Positions 15,490-22,440 of a stretch of DNA of 24,000 bases are shown here, one piece after another (the first letter of the stretch is position 1; each line of letters begins with the position of its first letter). The translations under genes were made by a program, and so were the position numbers. The stretch spans positions 21,284 through 45,283 of the forward strand of contig CAIOZU010000036.1 of the NCBI GenBank assembly GCA_903862885.1, read 5' to 3'. The stretch is from an uncultured Pseudomonadota bacterium (GTDB taxonomy: Bacteria; Pseudomonadota; Gammaproteobacteria; Steroidobacterales; Steroidobacteraceae). The notes below the pieces were generated by a model. It was not told where the DNA came from, ran no database searches, and saw only the letters and a program-made list of their open reading frames with translations.

Positions 15490-17319
15490 TTAATGAGCGG
15501 CAGACTTCGATGGCTCCGCGCGCGGGGGTGCCACGCCATCACCCCCTGGCATGGGAACGTGGCTTGGCGAATAGAAGCGATCGGCGGGGGTCGTTGCCAT
15601 GAAGGCGCTGGCGAGGTTTCCGGCTGAGACAGTGGGGGCGGCGGTGAGTGGGTCGTAGCGAAACGGCAGTAAGGTACGAAGCGCGTGCCAAGCTGCGGTC
15701 GGGCCCGCGCCAAACTGGCGGGTAGGGTCCTCGAGCTGTCGAATGTCCATCCAATAGGCGGCGTTCAGTAAGTCTTGTCCTAGGATGTCGCGCGATACAT
15801 CCAGCGCTTGGCGCAGACGCATCAGTTTCAACATAGGAACGGCGTCGATGTCACCGACGCCTTTGTCAGCGCTGACGCCATCCGGCGCGACCGGATTGGC
15901 GAGCGGCTTCAGTTCCTGCCACAGCGCATCCGCCGCGCCACCCCCGCCGCCCGCGCCGGCGCCATTCACACCGGAAGGTCCTGGGTGCGTTTTCAGTATC
16001 TGTCGAGCGTCAGTGACGGTGAAAAAAGTGTCCTCGAAGCGATGCATCCGCTGGACCACTACGACCATGAGGTTCGTCAGAGCAATCGGAAAGGCTTCGA
16101 CGTCGTCGACCAACGGATACGGATCCCAGTCTGAGTTCGACAGAATGAAGCCGTGTTTGCCGTGGCTGTACTTGCCGCCTTTGACGTAGTACTTCAATAG
16201 TTGTGGTGTTGACAGCTCCCACGAATCCTCGGGGGCAATATCCGGTCGCACGGTTGGGTTGTGATCGGTTGAGTTCATTTGCACGAGGGTGCTGTCGCGT
16301 AGCCGCGACCACGCCTGCCAAGCGCCGCCCGCGCGCCACACCGTGGCTCGTAGGCTCTCTGGGTCTTGAATAATGCGAAAGTCGCCGTTGAATACGTAAC
16401 TGCCCTTGAGCATATCCAGCGTGCGCGCGGCCGCGTAGTTGGCCCATGCGAACGGTCGGGTCGCCTGCACCGGCATGGTCAACGGACCAATGCTGCCGTT
16501 CATGGCATTAAGATCCATGGCCCAGACAACATCGTGCCATTCCAACAGATGGCGAATGTCATTCACCAACAGGGCCGCGAAGCCGGCGGTTAGGGCGCTG
16601 GTCGTGGCTAGGTTGCCATCGGCTCCCTCGAAATGAATGGGTTTTAGTCCGGCGCGGCGTAAGGCTTCAGCCGCGGGTAAGCGGATGCCTTTGTAATATG
16701 CGAAACCCCGGCCACGAAGCACCGTCCCTGTGGGTACGAAGTCGGCTTCGCCGATGGCGCCGCGCCATTGCACCGCCGGTGTGACGCCTGCGTTCAGTAG
16801 ATCCGCGATGCCTTGCACGAAGCCCGCACTCGCGGCGAGATAGCGCATGTTATTGAGATCCACCGCCAGCATGGCCCGACCCACTTCTTCCTCTGGGATG
16901 TCTTCACCAAAGCCGATTTCTGAATAGCCGGGGCCTGAGTAACGACGGGCGATTTCCGCCTTGAATTCGGCTGAGTCCGGGTCGCCTTTTAGGGAGGCCT
17001 CTTCACGACCAGACCCCGGTGAGCGATTAAACAGATACACCGGTATCCCTTCGGCTTGTGCCTCGAGAATGAGGCCGAATGATGCCTCAGCCCCTTGGAT
17101 GAGCTCCGGACTGAGGTGCACTTTTGCGCCATCGCGTGCGATGGCAACCAGTTGCTCAATGGACAAGTCATGGCCGGTCAGGGTGATCGTTTGCCCGGCT
17201 TTTTGGGGATCAATGACGTGATACGGTACGGCGCCGAGGGCGCTGCTGAGTGGCAGGACAACGCCCAAGAAGGCGGCGCTTGTAAGACGTTGAAATCGCC
17301 ATCTGACTGACTGACGCAT
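15490..17319 (-). CDS. Secreted protein with an aromatic amino-acid ammonia-lyase (HAL/PAL) fold, lacking the MIO-forming Ala-Ser-Gly triad
   Basis: 609 aa with SD AGGAGAG. Sec-type signal MRQSVRWRFQRLTSAAFLGVVLPLSSALGA. Blocks collinear with HutH: ITLTGHDLSIEQLVAIA, IQDPESLRATVWRAGGA (HutH has VQDPYSLRCQPQVMGA) and NSTDHNPTV (HutH has NAVSDNPLV). At the GSVGASGDLAPL position it reads GAIGEADFVPTG (16732..16761). Confidence 0.7.
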   Translation of the reverse strand: MRQSVRWRFQRLTSAAFLGVVLPLSSALGAVPYHVIDPQKAGQTITLTGHDLSIEQLVAIARDGAKVHLSPELIQGAEASFGLILEAQAEGIPVYLFNRSPGSGREEASLKGDPDSAEFKAEIARRYSGPGYSEIGFGEDIPEEEVGRAMLAVDLNNMRYLAASAGFVQGIADLLNAGVTPAVQWRGAIGEADFVPTGTVLRGRGFAYYKGIRLPAAEALRRAGLKPIHFEGADGNLATTSALTAGFAALLVNDIRHLLEWHDVVWAMDLNAMNGSIGPLTMPVQATRPFAWANYAAARTLDMLKGSYVFNGDFRIIQDPESLRATVWRAGGAWQAWSRLRDSTLVQMNSTDHNPTVRPDIAPEDSWELSTPQLLKYYVKGGKYSHGKHGFILSNSDWDPYPLVDDVEAFPIALTNLMVVVVQRMHRFEDTFFTVTDARQILKTHPGPSGVNGAGAGGGGGAADALWQELKPLANPVAPDGVSADKGVGDIDAVPMLKLMRLRQALDVSRDILGQDLLNAAYWMDIRQLEDPTRQFGAGPTAAWHALRTLLPFRYDPLTAAPTVSAGNLASAFMATTPADRFYSPSHVPMPGGDGVAPPRAEPSKSAAH

Positions 17320-17583
17320 GCTTCGCTCTCCTGCTTAACGGGATCGACTCTGTGCGGAAGGCATCAGTGCCTGATGTCTCACTTTACCTCTGCAGGGGAG
17401 AGTGAGGTGAGGCGCTGAGCCGTTCGCCGACCGGTTAGTGTCATACCGAGTCTGGCAGGTGGGTTGTGTGCCGGCAAGGCGTGATCAGAATCATCCCTTT
17501 ATAGTGAGAAATAGCTGACTTATGCTGGGTAACTGCGCACAATAGGATGGTCAGCTCCCCGTCACCTTGGCTCTGGAGGTCCG

Positions 17584-18357
17584 ATGTTTAGTTTTTACGT
17601 CTATGTGGCTGCCTTGCCGGTCATGGCAGCACTCGCTCTCAGCGGATGGGTGATCTCGCTGGTCAAGAACAATGTGGATATCGTAGACAGTTGTTGGTCG
17701 CTACTGTTTCTGGTGGCCACCGGGGCTTATGTCTATGCGAGTGGCGTGCAGTCACCGCGTGGTCAATTACTTCTGTGGCTGGTCATGCTGTGGGCGGTAC
17801 GTCTTTCGGTGTATCTCACCGCGCGCAACTGGGGTCATGCGGAGGATCGTCGTTACCAAGCCATGCGTGCGCGCAATGAACCGAACTTCCGTTATAAGAG
17901 CGTATGGCGCGTGTTCGGTATTCAGGCGTTATTGGCGTGGATCATTTCTTTGCCTTTACTCGGTGCCACGGGCAGCGAAGCGCCGCTCGGCCTGTTGGAT
18001 GCGGCGGGCGTTGTGTTGTGGTGCATCGGTTTTGTATTCGAGGCGGGCGGCGATTGGCAGCTCACTCGCTTTAAGCGAAATCCTGCCAATGCAGGTCAGG
18101 TCATGGACCAAGGCCTATGGCGGTACACTCGCCATCCCAACTACTTCGGCGACTTCGCTATTTGGTGGGGATTCTATTTGATCGCGCTCGCGGCGGGTGC
18201 CTGGTGGAGTATCTTGGGGCCGCTGCTCATGACCGGTCTGTTGCTTAAGGTCTCAGGCGTCGCGTTGCTTGAAAAAGACATTGGTGAGCGGCGCCCCGGC
18301 TATGCCGACTACATTCGGCGCACCCATGCGTTTTTCCCAGGTCCGCCGAAGGCATGA
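17584..18357 (+). CDS. DUF1295-family membrane protein (steroid 5-alpha-reductase / ICMT-like fold)
   Basis: Polytopic 257-aa ORF with the signature GLWRYTRHPNYFGDFAIWWGFYLIA. SD GGAGG. Confidence 0.85.
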   Translation: MFSFYVYVAALPVMAALALSGWVISLVKNNVDIVDSCWSLLFLVATGAYVYASGVQSPRGQLLLWLVMLWAVRLSVYLTARNWGHAEDRRYQAMRARNEPNFRYKSVWRVFGIQALLAWIISLPLLGATGSEAPLGLLDAAGVVLWCIGFVFEAGGDWQLTRFKRNPANAGQVMDQGLWRYTRHPNYFGDFAIWWGFYLIALAAGAWWSILGPLLMTGLLLKVSGVALLEKDIGERRPGYADYIRRTHAFFPGPPKA

Positions 18358-18481
18358 GTTAGAACGCGATTGAGTGGCTGACTCGTGGTGAGGGGTGTTC
18401 GTCCTGTATACAAAGGTGGATCGACCCATGTGGTGGGCGGACTGTGGACAACGCGGGTTAATAATTAAAAAGGTTCTATCT

Positions 18482-18979
18482 ATGAAAAACATAACGAATA
18501 GCCACTCCGTGCGACGCGCGACTTTGGTCTGTGCCTTGATGGTTCTTGGCGCTTCTGTGCAGGCCTGTCATCCATCATCGGTCGCTATCAGTGATCCGTC
18601 TGCGAAAATGGCACACGATGCCTATGTGAAGTCGATTAACGGAAATAATGTCGACGAATTTATGTCAATGGTGACCGATGATGTAGTGATGCTTCCACCC
18701 AATGAGAAAGCGGTGGTTGGGAAAAAAGCAGTCAGAGAATGGGCTGAAGAATATTTTAAGGCGTATAAGTCGCATTGGGATAAAACCCAGACCGAGTTTG
18801 TGCAAGCCGGAGATTGGGCTTTTGAGCAGTACGCGTATCAGCAGTTGGATAAGCCCGTGGCGGGTGGAGCCGATGTGACCGATATCGGCAAGGCGCTGTT
18901 GGTGTTCCATCACGATGCCGATGGGAAATGGCGCGTGGCCCGCGACGCTTGGAATACTGACTTAGCTGCTAAGCCCTGA
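18482..18979 (+). CDS. SnoaL-like / DUF4440 (NTF2-fold) lipoprotein
   Basis: The internal start MKNITNSHSVRRATLVCALMVLGASVQAC gives a signal peptide with a lipobox-like cysteine. The body (FMSMVTDDVVMLPPNEKAVVGKKAVREW...WRVARDAWNTD) matches the NTF2-like DUF4440 pattern. The track start 18395 adds an implausible leader. Confidence 0.75.
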   Translation: MKNITNSHSVRRATLVCALMVLGASVQACHPSSVAISDPSAKMAHDAYVKSINGNNVDEFMSMVTDDVVMLPPNEKAVVGKKAVREWAEEYFKAYKSHWDKTQTEFVQAGDWAFEQYAYQQLDKPVAGGADVTDIGKALLVFHHDADGKWRVARDAWNTDLAAKP

Positions 18980-19006
18980 TCTGAGCTGAATGTGATTGAG
19001 TGGCGC

Positions 19007-19034
19007 CACCCGCTCTCCGATGACGCAGCGGGTG
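19007..19034 (+). terminator. Hairpin after the SnoaL-like gene
   Basis: CACCCGCT-12 nt-AGCGGGTG, an 8-bp stem 28 nt after the stop. No U-tract. Confidence 0.3.
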
Positions 19035-19193
19035 AGGCGTAGGGGCTTAGAACTGGGCTCGATGCCGCCGTCTTTTGGCATCTGAGTCGTCCGCCGCGCA
19101 CGTCAATCCTGGCGGTGCGAGGGCGCGCCTAGCCAGTCATGCACCGCCCGTACCGCCTCTCAGCCCGTGTGAGTGGGAGGCGATCCTCGGCGC

Positions 19194-19210
19194 GATGTGC
19201 GGCGCACATC
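19194..19210. promoter_or_regulatory. 17-bp perfect palindrome GATGTGCGgCGCACATC (candidate operator)
   Basis: Read directly: 8-bp arms around a single central base. It lies ~110 nt upstream of the 19322 ORF. Confidence 0.3.
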
Positions 19211-19321
19211 CCGATGGGACGTGCTGTTAGATTGAAACGGTGTACACTGATTTAAGAACGAACGCTGATTCTAGAGTGTCGTGTTGTCATTTCACGATCA
19301 GCCAGCCGGAGTCATTGACCG

Positions 19322-19867
19322 ATGACCACGACGCCTTTTGCAGAGGTTCCCGCTTCAGACGGCGGAGCGGTGGCGCCGCTGACACTGCCACAACGCAAGG
19401 CGCGTGGGTTTTGTGTGTGCGCGCTGCACCTGCCTCATGAATCAGCGGTAACGTCCGATGCAGTGCTCTGCGAGGTTCATCCGGAGCAGGGGGTCTATTC
19501 GGACGAGTACAATCAAGCGCGCGGTTTTCTATTTTTTGATGACCGTCGCCACCGCTATGTCACTTGGCCGGATGCGGTGGAGGGAATGCGCCAGCCCCGG
19601 TATGCCGGCGCGTCGAGTAGAGGACTCGTGCTGTTCACTTGGATGAACTTGATACGGCTGCTAGAGGCCCTGTGTCATCCCGAACGTCAACCCGTAGAGG
19701 TTATTACCGAAGCCGAAGCCAATGCGCTGATTGCGCAGGCTGGGCAGCGCTTCCCTCCTGATGAGCTCAGTTGCCTGATCAGTTTCGCGCGCGGTGGGGG
19801 AACCGGCACACTGTGCAAAGTATTTCGACGAGTTGCCCTCAATGGACCAGCACCGAGCGTGCTGTGA
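19322..19867 (+). CDS. Hypothetical protein, 181 aa, no family recognised
   Basis: It is the longest ORF in this interval, with ATG preceded by GGAG about 11 nt upstream. It ends 57-69 nt before the flavoprotein gene on the same strand. I see no recognisable motif, signal peptide or TM segment. Confidence 0.5.
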   Translation: MTTTPFAEVPASDGGAVAPLTLPQRKARGFCVCALHLPHESAVTSDAVLCEVHPEQGVYSDEYNQARGFLFFDDRRHRYVTWPDAVEGMRQPRYAGASSRGLVLFTWMNLIRLLEALCHPERQPVEVITEAEANALIAQAGQRFPPDELSCLISFARGGGTGTLCKVFRRVALNGPAPSVL

Positions 19868-19936
19868 GCTAAACCGCACTGCCATTTGCCGACCGACTTT
19901 TCTATAAAACCACCAGATCATTAAGTGATACGGCTT

Positions 19937-21193
19937 ATGCAAAACCCGACAGCAACGCATGCCGTGCACACGCCACAACGCGTGCACATCTTAGGTGCCG
20001 GCCCCGTGGGGCTGGTCATGGCCGCGATGCTGCAATCGATGCCAGGATTTTCTATTCGTTTGTACGAGAAGCGGACCACGTATACGCGCGCTCGAATGGT
20101 CATGCTGGCCTCTTATCTGGTGGCCGACTCTCTTTCCGCTTATGCCGCGGATGAGGTTGATGGCGATAACGTCGCCGCTATTTTTGATGCCACGGAGTTA
20201 GAGGCCGGCTTAAGCGCACGGCGTTCTGTGACTGCAAAACTTGTGGCCTTGATTAAAGACTGGAGTCAGGGCTTTTGTCCTCTGAATACCATTGAGAAAG
20301 GCATCAGCGCTTTGATTGAGGAGGGTGGGCCGAGTCCTGTGGAGCGAATCGTGGGCAACGTGAGCGTAGACCAGGCGTTAGCCATGGTGGCGCCGGATGA
20401 CATCATGATCGACTGCACGGGTTGCAACTCCTTGCTTCGTAACCACTTGGTGCCTGATCAAGTAGGCGAGGTCAGTGCAGCTGAGCGCAATACCTACACG
20501 CTCCGCTTAGAATACGCAGTCAACGTGACTTTTTTGTATGGAGCGCCCTATCAGTGTAACGAGTACTGCAAGTACTACAAGAACCACGGTAATGCCCAGT
20601 ACAAATTCATCCCGGCTGTCGATCGCATCGCGCGGGACGCGGGTGTCACGCATGTGTTCGGAATCATCAGTATTTCAGCGGAGGACTTCGCGGCGATGCC
20701 ACCGACTTGCAAGGGCGATTATTTGCGTGAGAATTTTCCTGCTGTCGCTGTCTCTATGGATCGCTTCATCGAGCAGATTGACAAGGAGACCGGTGGTCAA
20801 GTCATTAGTGAGATTGAGATCGTCCGTATCCCATTGAACTTGTATCACGCGCGAAACGCAACCAATCGCGCATGGCATGTTAAAAGCGCGAGTGGTCAGT
20901 CTGATGACGGCGCGCATTCTTTTTCCAAGGCCTCTGTATTTTTAGTGGGTGATGCAGCGATCGGATCTCCGTATTTTCAGTCGATCTCGCTCGGCATTGA
21001 GTGCGCCATGTTTCTGGCGGGGCTCTTACAGGAAGGAATACCGATGTCTGATGTGCGTAGCCAGTATGAGGCGCGGATTTATAAGCAATGGCTCCGCGTT
21101 TACATGCGCAGTAAAACCATCAAGCACAACAAAGACATATTTGAGCGACTGGACGACACATTTGGCATCTTAGAGCAGCTTAAAATCTATTAA
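19937..21193 (+). CDS. Divergent FAD-dependent (group A flavoprotein monooxygenase-like) oxidoreductase
   Basis: N-terminal dinucleotide fold VHILGAGPVGLVMAAMLQS...IRLYEKR. A mid-protein block IMIDCTGCNSLLRNHL sits where GADGxxSxxR is expected. C-terminal VFLVGDAAIGSPYFQSISLG is a GD motif. The start is ATG 19937 or GTG 19925; neither has a clear SD. Confidence 0.7.
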   Translation: MQNPTATHAVHTPQRVHILGAGPVGLVMAAMLQSMPGFSIRLYEKRTTYTRARMVMLASYLVADSLSAYAADEVDGDNVAAIFDATELEAGLSARRSVTAKLVALIKDWSQGFCPLNTIEKGISALIEEGGPSPVERIVGNVSVDQALAMVAPDDIMIDCTGCNSLLRNHLVPDQVGEVSAAERNTYTLRLEYAVNVTFLYGAPYQCNEYCKYYKNHGNAQYKFIPAVDRIARDAGVTHVFGIISISAEDFAAMPPTCKGDYLRENFPAVAVSMDRFIEQIDKETGGQVISEIEIVRIPLNLYHARNATNRAWHVKSASGQSDDGAHSFSKASVFLVGDAAIGSPYFQSISLGIECAMFLAGLLQEGIPMSDVRSQYEARIYKQWLRVYMRSKTIKHNKDIFERLDDTFGILEQLKIY

Positions 21194-21289
21194 GTTGACT
21201 GGTGAGTCGGCGACGATCGCCGCGCGATCGCACAGGCGCGTTGGTGTTGATGCGCGCAGGTGTCGAGCGACCGGCGAGTGGGTGTGGTA

Positions 21290-21973
21290 TTAAAACGCGT
21301 AGCTCAAGCCGAATGTGAGAGTGTCCGTCTTTGCAGTGTGTGTTTCGAAATACTGGTCGGGCGGAGTGGCTAAAGGATGATTGAACGTGCTCGGGTAATC
21401 ATTCACATGAGAATACGTGCTGTGTCGATAAGCCAGTTGTCCGCGCAGTTGATCGGTCAGTCGGCGCTCAATGCCGGCGCCGTAGCTAAAGCCTCGAAAC
21501 GTTTTCTTGATGCGATCATCAGCAACGGTTCCATAAAAGTTTGAATGATCAAAGTAGGTGCGTGCCGCACCGCTGACCGTGGGACCCGTTGTGATATACA
21601 GCAAGGTGCCGTGGCTGACGACACCCGCTCGAAGGTCCAGCGCGGCTTGCCAACGGGGTTTCAACACGTAGCCAAAATCCTCTGGTGGGAAAGTGGTCGT
21701 TGCAGAGCCTGTGAGTAGCGCGAAGTGCGCCTCCCACCCAAGCACGATGGCAGCCACAGGTGTGTCAAAGCCCGCATGCACGCCTACCCGTTTGTTGGTG
21801 AGAGATTGAGAGACGTTGGCGCCAGGGCTAGCAAGCGTAACGATTTGATCTTTTGTTTTTTCGCGCCACTGCTCGGTGCCGATATCAGCGCCTGCCTGCC
21901 AGCCAGAAAAATCGCTTGCGAACGCGGCGGTGCAAAGGAGGGATAGACCTATCATTATAAGGATGTGTTTCAT
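21290..21973 (-). CDS. Small outer-membrane beta-barrel protein (OmpA-N/OmpX-like porin family)
   Basis: The internal start MKHILIMIGLSLLCTAAFA (AGGAG 8 nt upstream) gives a signal peptide. Alternating beta-strand patterns run through the body. The C-terminus LTFGLSYAF ends in the aromatic residue typical of OMPs. The track start 22045 adds a non-signal leader. Confidence 0.8.
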   Translation of the reverse strand: MKHILIMIGLSLLCTAAFASDFSGWQAGADIGTEQWREKTKDQIVTLASPGANVSQSLTNKRVGVHAGFDTPVAAIVLGWEAHFALLTGSATTTFPPEDFGYVLKPRWQAALDLRAGVVSHGTLLYITTGPTVSGAARTYFDHSNFYGTVADDRIKKTFRGFSYGAGIERRLTDQLRGQLAYRHSTYSHVNDYPSTFNHPLATPPDQYFETHTAKTDTLTFGLSYAF

Positions 21974-22340
21974 GACAGAGGCTCCTGAGCGCTTGGCTTT
22001 TGTGGATTTTGCTTCGCTAGAGGGGAAGCCGGGCGCGAGTCTCACCTATTCACTGGTAGATGGTCAACTGCGCCGCGCTTGTCTTCTGGCGTGCCGGTGG
22101 TAGACGACTGCACTGTCGTCGGCCGCACGGAACGTTACCTGTGGAAAGCCCAGTGCCGCATGCGGGTCTAAAACGGGTTTTCATGCCTTAAGGAGGCGTC
22201 GGCAGGCAATCGATAGGGGTCGTCTGCGTGTCCAACGAGCGGTTGCAGCGGCGCTTGGCGTGAGAATGCGCAGATTGCGTTGGGTCCTCCGTCTGGGCGA
22301 TTAAAAGGTTGTATCCAGTGCCGATGGCAGTGGCCTATCA

Positions 22341-22358
22341 TGGATGGATGGATGGATG
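22341..22358. repeat. Tetranucleotide tract (TGGA) x4.5
   Basis: Read directly: TGGATGGATGGATGGATG. It lies 83 nt upstream of the TonB-dependent receptor start. Confidence 0.85.
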
Positions 22359-22440
22359 TCGTGCCGCCCGTGAGGTAACGCGCCGTTCGGTGGTTCGCTA
22401 TAATGGATACGTAGATCAATCGGTCAAGGTGGACGTTCGT

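Noticed and set aside
22168-22419. 83-aa minus-strand ORF in the OMP/receptor spacer
   Set aside because: It has no SD, an odd composition (His/Pro/Arg-rich) and no recognisable motif, and it spans the tetranucleotide tract. It is most likely non-coding.
22100-22440. Cobalamin or TPP riboswitch upstream of the TonB-dependent receptor
   Set aside because: GCCACTG occurs only on the opposite strand (22326..22335) without the accompanying GGGAAG or B12-box elements. No CTGAGA...ACCTGATC TPP core is present.
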